From Moniliella sp. 'wahieum' (taxonomy: Eukaryota), in contig RSEE01000111.1 in assembly GCA_003971905.1 (NCBI GenBank), positions 176,036 to 196,035 on the forward strand: DNA of 20,000 bases. The letters are read 5' to 3'. Below the pieces are notes generated by a model. The model searched no databases. It was not told where the DNA came from and worked only from the letters and a program-made list of their open reading frames with translations. Within the stretch, counting starts at the first letter, position 1, and the number at the start of each line of letters is the position of its first letter. Shown in pieces: positions 1-10,809 of the stretch. The position numbers and the translations under genes are program-made.

Positions 1-1779
1 ACTAATCATTAATCACTTTAATCACTCGCTGAGTAGCAGTCGGGTGGTTGCCATGCGTCCACATGCCCCTACCAGGGTACCCTTCCTGGGTACCCGCAAT
101 GCACCCTATATATTCATCTGCATCACAGCATGCGCACGGCTGCCGTGCAGGTCAAAGCAAGCATTTCATTGCGCCAACGGCAATGCTTCGTCTGTTTGTG
201 CCCTCTTCTATGCTAGTTTTCTTCTTCCTTTGCCTTTACTTCTTCGCGAGACGGGCCGCAAAAAATCGGGATCTCCCCTTCTCCACGTGTCTACTGCAGC
301 ACGTGTCGGCTCATCAAGTTCATTGCCGTGTCAGCAAGGTTTAACACGGTTAGTTTAACGTCGTAGACATGCTCAGTCGATCAGAGAAAAGCTCGTTAAT
401 CATGCTAACGCGCCAACGGGCATCCACGTCCCAAACAACTCTGATGTCCGGTAAGAAACACATACACTTTATTGTTATCAGGCACAATCGGTAATACAGG
501 AAGCTTGAGGGTATTGGGCTCCTCCATATGAAGGCACGAAGAGGGACATGCCGGATACTGACCGATGTGTGTATCATCGACATTATCGATATCATCCTCG
601 ATCGAGCACGAACCACATACGCATCCCTCTCTTCTACCACAAGGTTCCTACACGTTCCTGTCCCTCCTTTCAAGGCAATTTCCCCCGCAGTTTGTTTCCT
701 TCTCCGGATTAACTTTCCTATGTTCCTCTCTCTCTCCTCGTTGAGACAACACGTTATTTTCTGTGTTCCTTGGCCCCAGCGCGGCACAGATGATGGTATA
801 GCCGACTGTACGCACCCACGTCAGGCCTACTGTTAGGGTCTGCTCACATTCTAAGCTCACACCCTCCTGGAAGCTTGAGGCTTTGAGTCCGAGTGACTAG
901 TGACTAGTGCCATCCACTGGCATCTCGGCCTATTGCTTGTTCGGCAAATCGGCAAATCGGGGGATGTGTTTTGGTCACCGGTCAGGGTTCTCAGGCCGAC
1001 CAGACGAAGAGTTAGGTCTTCAGGTACTTTTCATGCACTTCATGCACTTCATGAGAGCCTCATGTACTTCATGCACCATGGGCCTCATGTTGCCTCGGTC
1101 TCAGGCACTCTTCAGGCAACATATGGGCATCAGGCCTCAGGCCTGGCCTTAGGACCTCAGGCTGAGGCCTCATGCACTGGTGGCGGGAAAACTATTCGCA
1201 AGTTTTAAGTGCCTAAAAAGGTAAAAAAAATACGTACTCTGCAACGCGCCTGCCTGTCTGGCTTGGTTCGATGCTTAACGCGCTAAACGTTTACCGTTTA
1301 CCGGATACCGTTTGCCGTTCATTGATACGGGTTACACATTATACGTTACGCGTTACGATCTCATCACGTACATCGTGCGTCGTACTCCATCCTCCCTCTC
1401 CACCTCGCTTCGGCAGGTTATCATCGACCCACGTATGGGAGGGTACCTCTGGCCGCTGGTAGCCGTCGCCATCCGCCGGCGGCGCCGCCCCACGGGCCGC
1501 GCCTCTCGACTGTCTGAGGAGCGCGGCTGCCCCCGCGCTCTTGAGAACATGGCACACCCGTATTCCTACCACGAAAGTCGGCCAGCTGCTTGGCCAAAAA
1601 TGGGGTCGACTGACTGTAGCCTACCCGTGGTTTGGCCCTGGCGCCGGCTGCAAAGACGCCCGCACGAGACCAATACGTCCTTAGGCCTTAGGCGGGTACG
1701 CATAGTCGATGTCTTTCGGACGTCCAGCTTGGTACCTGCCTTCCGTTCCAGCGTAACCCGCCACCGCCTTGGGTCCGCA

Positions 1780-1945
1780 ACGAATACGCTCAGAGCAGCC
1801 TACACAACCAGGCACCGCTGTCTCGCTACCTTCCTATTCTGTCCACCTGAGGGAACCTTCTTTTGAGGAGGGGCAGTCTTTCTTACATGAAGAGGATGTA
1901 TCTGTCTCGATATCATCTTATACTCCTAGTACACGTCTCTTCGAC
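1780..1945 (+). pseudogene. Decayed fragment of an unidentified sequence family, paralogous to ~11070-11230
   Basis: 1823-1854 matches 11112-11143 at 25/32 nt, with collinear similarity on both sides (ACGCTC.G.GCA upstream; GTCTCG..TCATC.TA and CTCTTC.ACA downstream). Stops and indels are present. Confidence 0.45.
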
Positions 1946-3218
1946 ACCCCAGGCTGGCGGGACTGTTCGCCAAAGCATCAGCCGTTGTTGCGACGCTGAC
2001 TTTACCGATCGCGGTGCACGTCCGGCCTCACCAGCTCCCAGGCTCCACAGGCTCTGAAGAGTGTTCATGCGCACGTACCCGCGTAAACCACCGACTAGTA
2101 GCCTTCTCCCGTAACCCTCCTCTCCTGCTTCCTACCGCAGATGCCCATATCTCGCCCGAAATCGATCGCCTACGCAACTGTCCTCAACGCTTCAGTATCC
2201 ATTGCGGTCTCCATCACCGAGTGAACCAGGACGTCGCTACATTTTTGTTCCGCCCCTACATGTTTCTTGGCCTTACTCGCGCCATCCTACGGGCGATAGT
2301 CAACTCGCCTCGTCTCCATCGGGACACTCTCTCTGTTCGACGAAACCTTCGATGAGAATACCCCACCCGCATCTCCTAGTCTCCGATTGTGCTTTCCTCT
2401 GCATCATGCACCTCCAGATAGTCGCCACAAATTAGAGGTTCGAGCATGGGTGATGACGAAAACGATGGTGAACCCGTCGGGAGTTGGATGGCGTGCACAA
2501 CAGAAGAGCCACAGTACATGCAAGAGTCCGACTCGCTTCGGCATTTTGGAGCAGCTGCAGTACACCACATTTGTATCTAGTAGGAGACGGGGTGGGCTCG
2601 AGACTCAGAGGCACTCTAGTCGTACATTTCTGCGTATTTTAGGATGCGACGGCTGACCCAAACTGTCACGGGGCGATGATTGAGCCGCCTCTCCACGTCC
2701 TTATCGTCACTATCGCTTCTCGGCTTCTGTCCCTATCGTGACTCGGATTCTCTTCCTATCTAGAAAACCCACAACAATCATCGTTTCTCTCGCTCGCGCT
2801 CGTCTAAAATCTCCAGAACACCCCACATTGTTTTCGACTCGGTTTCTCGTCTCGTTTCTCACCTCGGGTCCCTCTACCCTTATTGACCCTCGCCTCTTCT
2901 CTCGCCTCGCCTCGTCCTCTCGCGCTTGGTCCCTTTTCTCCCCCTTGACTCGTTTCCTCCCCTTTTACACTGTAGACCTCTTGGTCTCCCCTTGTTCCCC
3001 TCTCTCTATAAACCTGCCTGCTCTTAGATCCAATGATGATGGCCCAAGTCGCCGACCATTCTTTCCCCTTCACCCTTCTTCTAGGCACTCCACTTCTAGA
3101 CGAAACACCTTTCGATCAGCCCTCCCTCGCCCATCGGGGCTCCCCGCTTTCGCGTCCAGCCCCTACACACACAACCTCTGCTCGCAGGCCGCTGCTCCTA
3201 TCAGGAGATGGAGATGGG

Positions 3219-3419
3219 GGAAAGGATAGAGATCATATTCATCGAGTGGCATGGGAGCGAGGTATATATACCTCGGAGAAGAGGAGGCCGAGTGAGCTGA
3301 CTCACACGGAGAAAACAAAAGGGGAGCATAGAACCAAAAGGGGAGACAGGATCTAGAACAAAACAGGGTCCAGTGAAACTGGTGAGCATCGGTGACCAGG
3401 TGAGTCTGGTCCCGACAGC
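3219..3419. repeat. Diverged ~200-bp direct repeat, copy 1 (copy 2 at 3735-3932)
   Basis: Shared blocks in the same order: GGAAAGGAT..GATCAT.TTCATCGAG, CGAGGTAT.T.TACCTCGGAGAAGA, AGCTGA.TCAC, TCTAGAACAAA and TGACCA.GTG..TCTG.TCC. Roughly 70% identity by eye. Confidence 0.85.
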
Positions 3420-3734
3420 TCCGGCTCTGCTCAACGCACAGCAAGGCATCACTCACGACCCTCCTACGTTCACGCCAGTGAGCCTTGGACTTTGGATCTG
3501 AAACGCGTTCACAGTCCTCCGTGTGTCTTGTCTCCGATGGGCAGGGAAGGTCTCCGCCTGGGAAGCCAGCCACCACGTCACAAAAGGGAAGGAATGTTCC
3601 CGTTTGAAGAGCACGCATTGCATTGCGAAGAGAGGTTGACATGTACCTAGCGGTGCACGGGGGATGGAGGAGGCATACGTCGACGGCAACAGGGGATGAG
3701 GCGACCACATCGGTGACCGCGAATAAAAAAAAGT

Positions 3735-3932
3735 GGAAAGGATGAGGATCATCTTCATCGAGGAGAACGGGGCCGAGGTATGTGTACCTCGGAGAAGACA
3801 TGATCCTAGCTGAGTCACGTAGAGAAACAACGGGGAGGCTAAACATAAGGGGGAAACATGGTCTAGAACAAATCCAGGGCCTCGCAAACCTCCTGAGTAG
3901 GTGTGTTGACCAAGTGGATCTGATCCGAGAGC
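3735..3932. repeat. Diverged ~200-bp direct repeat, copy 2 (copy 1 at 3219-3419)
   Basis: Same blocks as copy 1; offset about 515 bp; flanks do not align. Confidence 0.85.
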
Positions 3933-4811
3933 GAAGGACATGGAAGTATAGGGACCGTGCGTCTACATACACACAACAAGAATATTAGTTGTCAAGAGGG
4001 TATAGATTAGTACACAACATGAACCTGAGAAACGGTTCGTCCCCGCCCCAGGCGTTCTCTCCCCCGCCGCGCTTTTGCCCACGCTCCATCGTGTCGCCAG
4101 CAGCTCAGGGCAATCTTCGTCTCCCAACACTGGCGGTTGGTATCGATGGAAAGCTGCGGGGAGATGTTTTGCTAGTGATGAACCACCTTTTCCAATGATG
4201 CTCTTTTGTTGGGCGCTCATATTCTTTCGCCCAAAAGTTACGCAGTAGTGTGTGGATGGGGAGGGCAGGACGCATGTGCTGATCTCGGCAGTGTGCCCGG
4301 AGTGGGTACTGTTTTGGTTTCCTTCGGGTACTGGTATCCCTCGCCTACGGCCAGCCAGCTCTGTGGGCTGTGCGCGCGGCAGTCGGGTGCGATGGTCAGC
4401 AACCTCAATATGGTCTTGCGATATATCTTGGCCTTTTGCGAAGTTGAGAGGAATACAACCAGAGTGTGACAGACAGCATCACATGTGTGACATGTGACGT
4501 TCGCCCGGAACTGACTGCTTTGTTCCGCTCACGCCGTGATAGAACGGTGTGCCAGGGGGTTGTTAGTTAGCCTTGTTCGCCTGCGACTGCCACAACACCA
4601 CAGTGCCACACAGTGCCTCCGTGCCTTTGTTTGGCCCCTTCCTCCGCCACTGGCTGCCGGCCGTTCAGGCTGCCCCGTGCTGCCGCGGATCAGCGCCCGA
4701 TCGATTCCCGATCGATGTCTCATTGATTCTCTATCAATCATTCCGCCCAGGATCTGCGCCAGCACTCAGCCACCAAGTTTCTCCTTCTTCCTCCATCTGT
4801 TTTCACCTTCT

Positions 4812-4841
4812 GTCTGCGTCTGTGTCTGCGTCTGCGTCTGC
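4812..4841 (+). repeat. (GTCTGC)5 hexanucleotide microsatellite
   Basis: gtctgc gtctgt gtctgc gtctgc gtctgc. Confidence 0.9.
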
Positions 4842-5789
4842 ATCGCCGCCGGGGTGGCGCTCTGCTTGAGCCAACAACAACCCCAAGCCAAACGTTGAAT
4901 ATTTGAGAGGAAAAAAAAAACCGACAGTTGGGCATCACACTCATCACACCGTAGGGATACGCCCCCCGTCCCCCGTCCCAACACGTCACATGTACGCGCG
5001 ATGCGCTAAGCTAAGCTACGCGCTAAGCCGCTACGTTAGCGCTAAGCGCCATGTGTGATGCGTCACACGTCACCCGCGTCACCCGCCCCTTTTGTCTGTC
5101 CCATGTCACGTGTCACATGGCCCAAGCGATGGCAGTTTAGCCACGTTGGGTACGTTGAGCGCGCTGAGCAGGGTTTAGCCTGTTTTTGTTCTGGGCTACG
5201 CAGGTGCTCTCCCTATGTTCGGGTGGACTACGTCCTACGTTGGCGCCTGGCATCGACATTGCCCGTCGGCTGGCAGGGCGCCAGTGTGTGCCACTTGGTG
5301 CACCCGGGCGTGTCCTTGCATGTCCGATGCTGCATGTGCAACGGACCCGCCCCAGGTCACACTGATCGCAGGTGTGAGATCCGAGGGGGCGCTTCCTCTC
5401 GTGGGCTGCCTGGGGTGCCGGTACCGCACACGTAGCAGCTGTCCCCTCTCCTCCGTACTGGCCCTGTGCTGCGGGGTTTCCATCCGGCAGGGGGCAGCAA
5501 TGCACGACAGCGCGTCCGTTCCGGGCGGGGGGAAGGCAGGCGGCACGAGGCGTGTGGCGGGCGTGATGCGACGTGCATGGTGCGTGTGGGATGGGGGGCC
5601 GAAAGCGCTACTGTGCGGCGGATGTGCATGCCGGACAGCACATCACCGGCCGGGTGCGCTGCGCGGGACACTGCTGGCCAGCGCGGGCTGTCGCGCGCGG
5701 CACCTGGCCAGTATGTACTTTCGCACGGCAGCGCCAGTGACTAGGTACTGCGAGTGCGTCGCCACGGGGCGGGTGCTGGGATAGCGCTC

Positions 5790-5796
5790 TTTTATA
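5790..5796 (-). promoter_or_regulatory. Possible TATA box (TATAAAA) of a transcript divergent from the GT90 gene
   Basis: An isolated TATAAAAG on the minus strand within very GC-rich DNA; no downstream gene identified. Confidence 0.2.
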
Positions 5797-6130
5797 CGTG
5801 GGGGTGGATGCGCGGGCACGGGGGCGGTGTGCCCCGCACACTGCCGCCGTGCTGCCGGAATGTCACGGCCAGGCACGGCCGGGGGCGCGCACACTGGCCG
5901 GGTGCGGGCGTGGGGCTGTCGAGCGGACGGCTGGGCGCGGGTGCCTGCTGCAGGTCGGGCGCCGGAGCACGCCCGGGCCCAGGCAGCTGGGACGGCGGTG
6001 CATGATGGGTGGGGCGGATGGGTGATGGCAGCGGCCTTCGCATGCGTACGGAGAGCATGCAGACGCCCAGCGGCATTATGCAGCAGCCACCCCCCCCCCC
6101 CCCCTTGCGCCCCCAGCGCCCCGCCTGCCC

Positions 6131-6183
6131 CACCGCCACCACCACCACCACTGCCACCACCACTGCCACCACCACCACCACCC
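6131..6183 (+). repeat. Imperfect (ACC)n microsatellite
   Basis: ACC/GCC/ACT triplets just upstream of ATG 6198; would encode poly-Thr if an upstream ATG is used. Confidence 0.9.
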
Positions 6184-6197
6184 CCCTTCTTCCTGCG

Positions 6198-8060
6198 ATG
6201 GCCAAGTACGACGAGCTGTCGCCCGAGGAGTACGAGCTGCGCTCCCGCCCATCCAGCGAGATGGCCGGCTACGACCCCTCGCCCCCCCCGCATCTGCAGA
6301 TGCGCCACCCGCACCCGCCCCCCGCCGACACGCCCCTGCCGCTCCACATGCCCGCCTTTCTCACCCGCCACAAGCCCCAGGAGTCGGAGAGCAACATCTC
6401 CTGCCCTCGTCTGACCCCGCCTCCACCCCCCCTCCTCCCGCCGCTTCGCCCTTCTCCCCCCCCCACCCTCCCCGTGGCGCTGGCCCTTGTCGCCGTCGTC
6501 CTCCTTGTCGTCCTCTACGTCGCCAGGCCGCCCACCTCGGCCTCCAACTTGGCCGCCGCCTTCCGTGGCAAGGCACAGGGATGGGCTACAGCATCGACCA
6601 GGACTTCCGCGTCCTCGCCCACACCAAGCCCCGCTACAACGACCCCTTCAACCCAGACGACCTCACCTTCACCGAGGAGGAGTGCGACGCCTACTTCCCC
6701 GACCTGTACAAGGACATTGACCGCAGCGTCGCCTTCTACTCCCAGCCCCAACACAAGTGCGTACTACCCTTTCTTTCTTCGCTGCTTCCATTCTACCCGT
6801 CCCGTCCCTTCCCGTCCCGTCCCTTCCCGTCCCCTCCCCTCCGTGCACGGGCACCATAGCTCACCATCATCCTCAGACTCACATGGGAGTACCTCGAAAA
6901 GTCGTGTTCCGAGCCGAATTGGTCCCACCTGCGTGTGTTAATCCTCAACAATCGTCTCTACATCAAGTCCTACCGCTCAGCAGCTTTACTCGCAGCCAAT
7001 CTACCCTGGCCCTGCTGCACCAGTCCCCATCACCGCACGGAGCCTCTGCCCAACGTCGAGTTCTGTATCGGGCTGGAAGACTGGCCTGGGCGGGGCAAGT
7101 TTAGCCTGGACCGCGCGCCTAACGACGAGGAGGTGTGGCTGATGCCCGACTACTCGTTCTTTTCCTGGCCGGAACACGTGGGAACGTACAGCGACGTCCG
7201 TCGTCGCATTGAGCAGGTGGAAGCGGCCACCCCGTGGGACTCCAAGATTCCCAAACTGTTCTGGCGCGGCAACATGAACGTCGGCCGGGCGGATCGGGTG
7301 GCGATGGCCAAGCGGCCGAGGGGTACCCGTGGAACGATATCAAGCCCGTCAACTGGACCTCGGGTGAAAACGCTGTCAAAATTGAGGACCACTGCAAATG
7401 GAAGTTCCAGGGCTTTGCCGATGGCAATTCGTACAGGTACGTCTCGCGTTCACTTCCCCACCCTCACACACTCTATCGCTGCTCTCCCTGCTGTGGACGG
7501 GGACCTGTACTGACCTCTTGTCCCGTTCCTTTTCTTCCCCCGCAGCGGCAGGCTACGCTACTTGCAGAACTGCAAGACGGTCATTATCACCCACTCGCCA
7601 CGCTGGCTGCAGCACTGGACCCACCTGTACAATTCCGATTGGTCCTCGCCCGACCAAAACATTGTCATGGTGCCCTACCCGCGTGATGCGCCGGCTCCCA
7701 CGGGTCCGCTCCCCACGAGCAACCCCGACGACGCGCGGCTGATTAATCCTAATGCGTTCCAATCCGACCAGCCCGACCGGACGTGGGAACGATTGCCCGA
7801 GACGATGAACTTGCTGTTGCAAATGATGCCAAGGCGAAACAGATTGCCGAGACGCAGTGGAACTTTTTCCGCAACCGCTACGTCTCCCCGCGTCGGCCAC
7901 GTGCTATTGGCGCAAAGCGATCAAGGGGTACGCGTCCGTGCAGAACTACACGGTTGCCTTGAACGGGAACGAAACGTCGTTTGAGAGCTGGAGCTTGATG
8001 GGCATGCGCACCTCCAAATGGCGCGACGGCATTCAACGCCGTCGTGCGGTCCGGGTGTAG
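6198..8060 (+). CDS. Glycosyltransferase family 90 (CAP10/POGLUT/KDELC-like), type-II membrane protein; 3 exons (~6198-6756, 6877-7436, 7546-8060), frameshifted in this assembly
   Basis: A single N-terminal hydrophobic helix (VALALVAVVLLVVLYVA) is followed by GT90-typical segments: ECDAYFPDLYKDIDRS, LRVLILNNRLYI, EPLPNVEF, WLMPDYSFFSWPE, PWDSKIPKLFWRG, EDHCKWKFQGFADGNSY|SGRLRYLQNC, AKQIAETQWNFFRNRY and CYWRKAIKGYA. Intron 6757-6876 (GTGCGT..GCTCAC..CAG) and intron 7437-7545 (GTACGT..TACTGAC..CAG) both splice in frame. Stop is TAG 8058-8060. In-frame upstream ATGs at 6057 and 6078 are alternative starts. Frame corrections are needed near 6522, 6975, 7025-7037, 7312, 7818 and 7888. Confidence 0.88.
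6757..6876 (+). other. Spliceosomal intron 1 of the GT90 gene (120 bp)
   Basis: GTGCGT donor, pyrimidine-rich body, GCTCAC branch-like motif and CAG acceptor. Removal joins ..QPQHK-LTWEYLEKSC.. in frame. Confidence 0.85.
6796..6845 (+). repeat. Intronic (CCCGT/CCCTT) pentamer-based repeat
   Basis: cccgt cccgt ccctt cccgt cccgt ccctt cccgt inside GT90 intron 1. Confidence 0.85.
7437..7545 (+). other. Spliceosomal intron 2 of the GT90 gene (109 bp)
   Basis: GTACGT donor, TACTGAC branch point and CAG acceptor. Removal restores the GT90 motif GNSYSGRLRYL. Confidence 0.92.
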
Positions 8061-8470
8061 GAGGCACCGGTCTCCTCCGTATCCCGTGCCCGCACCCGGC
8101 ACTTATCGGTTGGCGCTTACTTGGTGGCACGTTTTTGTTTGCACGTCCAGATCACACGTTTCTTGTACAAGGGGATCTCATACCATTTTCTCTTTTCTCT
8201 TCTTTCCAGTTGTCGGCTGGCATTGGCCTTCTGTCTCTGATGCGTCTTCGTCATCATCGATCATCAGCCTTGGCTTGGCCACCTCCTAGCATCACCTCCT
8301 TTTTCCTGTTTAACGCAGGTCGTACTGTGGGCCCCCTACCCCCACACTTTCCTCGTTGCCTCTGATTCTGCCTCCCCTCTTCCCTCCCCCCCACCTTTTC
8401 TCTGTTCAACCGGCAACCGGGCTCGATGGTCTCTCCTCCTTCCCTGGTCCTTTATTGCCGGATCTGTTCC

Positions 8471-8519
<49 letters not shown>

Positions 8520-8531
8520 CCTCTCTCTCTC

Positions 8532-8566
<35 letters not shown>
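8471..8566 (+). repeat. Imperfect (CT)n microsatellite
   Basis: About 95 bp of interrupted CT dinucleotides. Confidence 0.97.
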
Positions 8567-9239
8567 GCCTTTGCTGCATCATGATTGCTACAGATTCTAC
8601 CACAAAAAAGTACCAGGTACCAGCCACTCCAGGTACCAGCGCTTCCCTTGTAACTGCCGCGAGAACTGGGCAAGCCGGCTAGCGTCGCAGTGCACTGACA
8701 CTGTATCTCCGACTTGGTGAACGCGATGGGCGCTGAGCGCCAGGCAAGGAGGACTGCAACTGTGCCTACCAAAGTCGCGACCTTTATACAGTCGTAACGG
8801 CAACGTTAACGTGTAACTTGTAAAACGGGCAGAACAACGCCCCTCCCATCCTTGCCAATGGTCGTTTGTAGGCGTTCCGGCGGCTTCCCTTGGCGGTGCA
8901 GCAGCCGCATGCTCCTACGGCATTGGTAGATGTTGGGAGGGACGGAGAGGGCGGATGGGGGTAGAAGAAACCCAAGCGGCGACCCAATACAGCCTGCAGC
9001 CAGCCACAGCACACGAGCAGCGTCCCATATTTGGATTGATTGGCTCCATTGGCAGATCGCATTCAACTTTCAAATACGCGCTCGCCAAACGACTTGGCCA
9101 GGCACTGGTCCAGTGTGTGTCCCCGGTGCGCTGCGTTGAGCGTGATGTGTCGGGATGAGTCACCGGGCGATGCGTCACGCGTCAACATCACGCGTCACGG
9201 TAGATGGCTGGCAATTTGGCACGACCGATTGGTTGATAA

Positions 9240-10560
9240 GCTGATCCCAAGCCTCCCGTCCACCTGCGCACGTGTGTTGCACACGACCGGAACGGCTTCG
9301 AGACGAGGCATTCCAGCTCCTGGGTCCTTGCGTGGGAGATGGGGATTGTCCCAGGACGTGGTTTCGCGACAAGGTGCACGAGGTGAGGCAGAACATGTCC
9401 ACGTCCACGTTGGATGGCATTGCGCTTCAGGGACGTTCCTGATTTTCCATGCACCTGCTTCGCTCCCTGCAGCTGGAGGGCGAGCAGGTGAGCGGGAGGT
9501 GTGCTCGCCAAGAGCGACACGCTTCTGTACGACGTTTGGACCGATCCGCGCAGACGAGACTCCCTGGGATAGGAAGGACGGTCACGTTGACATGCTCAGG
9601 AGCTGGACGGGAGTGTGCGACCGCCCGCTCGGCTCGTACGCCCCCCCTCCCCTTGCGGAGATCGACGATTCTCTTGTCCCCATTGGTTGTGCCCCATGTG
9701 TCGTACACGACGCGAGAGCTTACGGCGCAACGCCAGTGCGGTAGGGAGATGTGGGAGCAGAGTCTGCTGGCGCTATTTTATACTTACACCCGACCTTCAA
9801 TGGGGCCCATGGTCGCATTGACTGTGGTTGAGCACAGCAATGCGTTCCCCTCCACTGGACACTGGACTTTCCCCCTCGATATCAGCAGCCAAGTGCCTCG
9901 AGATCATCGCCAAGCAGGTTCCCGTGGGTCGGCAGCTTCGTTCCCTGTGCCGCTCCCCGCGCAAGCAAGTTGCAGTGTGGTTGGGGTGTCCTCGCTTGAG
10001 CACAGCACATCTTGGCTTGCACCTGTACCCAGTTCAAATTTGGCCGCGTATTGCACGAGGCTGTACGGAAGCCCATCTTCCAGCTCGCGCGCTCCATCCC
10101 GAACCTCACCATTCTCAGCTATCCGCATGGGGAGAAGAGGACGAGACGCGGCGTCGGAGGAAGGCGAGGTGGAGGGACTCCCGAGTGACGGCAACCCGAA
10201 GCGTTTGCGGGATCTAGAATGGAAGTTGATTACACCCCTGAGGGACTCAGGGACAAATGAAGGCATGGTTGCGTACCGGAAGGTGCTGCCTGAAGGGACT
10301 GCAACACCTGCGCAACGCCGGGAGAAGGTGCTACTTCGACTGTTGGGACGAGCAAAACGCGACGGGAACGCCAAGAACCCGGGACGCACTCAAGACCCTT
10401 TCCCTTTGGTTTTGACCACACGAGGATACTATGCCACCAAGACGGGGGCAAGGTGTTTGAGCACTGGAAGGAAATAACTACTGAGTCTCAATGGAGACGG
10501 TTCGCTGCTCGGATGTCTACCGCGCTCGTTCGTATTTACACGCGCCACCTCGGGTTTGGA
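9240..10560 (+). mobile_element. Degenerate, 5'-truncated CRE-clade non-LTR retrotransposon relic (Cnl1/MoTeR-like; end of RT, thumb, CCHC knuckle, restriction-like endonuclease)
   Basis: Collinear motifs across frameshifts: FQLLGPCVG...WFRDKVHE (~9311-9382, end of RT), HLLRSL (9452), AQRQCGREMWEQ (~9725), QCG...HILAC...RVLHEAVRKPIFQLARSIP (~9973-10101, CCHC plus RH-like motif), RDLEWKLI (~10207), and PFPLVLTTRG...VFEHWKE...WRRFAARMSTALVR (10397-10533, typical REL C-terminus). No clear YxDD motif is visible. It contains stops and indels. Confidence 0.72.
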
Positions 10561-10809
10561 AACGGATGGCGGGTGCCAGAGGGCCCTGACCTGCGGGCGC
10601 CTCTACTTGCTTCTTCAGTAGGTACGCACGAGCTAGCAGCCCACGCCGGAGGAGCGAGCCGACATGCGCAGTGTTTCTTTGACCTTGCTCAAGTTCTGCA
10701 AGTGCAATGAATTCTTGGTGTAGGTATTGGCCTTTCTTCTCCTCCTTCTCCCTTCTGGCCTTTACCTGCCTTGACGGTTGCCTCCTCAGAATCACATCCC
10801 CCTTTCTCC

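Noticed and set aside
3773..3809. Helitron 3' end (hairpin 3773-3792 followed 13 nt later by CTAG)
   Set aside because: CTAG is followed by C rather than T, copy 1 lacks the CTAG, and homology between the copies continues about 120 bp past it, so it is not an element terminus.
5643..6371. 242-aa Gly-rich minus-strand ORF and neighbouring ORFs in 5055-6414
   Set aside because: Stop-poor GC-rich sequence and the antisense shadow of the GT90 5' region; no recognisable domain.
8356..8772. ORFs with RE- or SL-rich runs
   Set aside because: They are translation artefacts of the (CT)n microsatellite.
9449..10477. 342-aa ORF as an intact gene
   Set aside because: The retrotransposon motifs move in and out of this frame, so it is a mosaic open frame within a decayed element.
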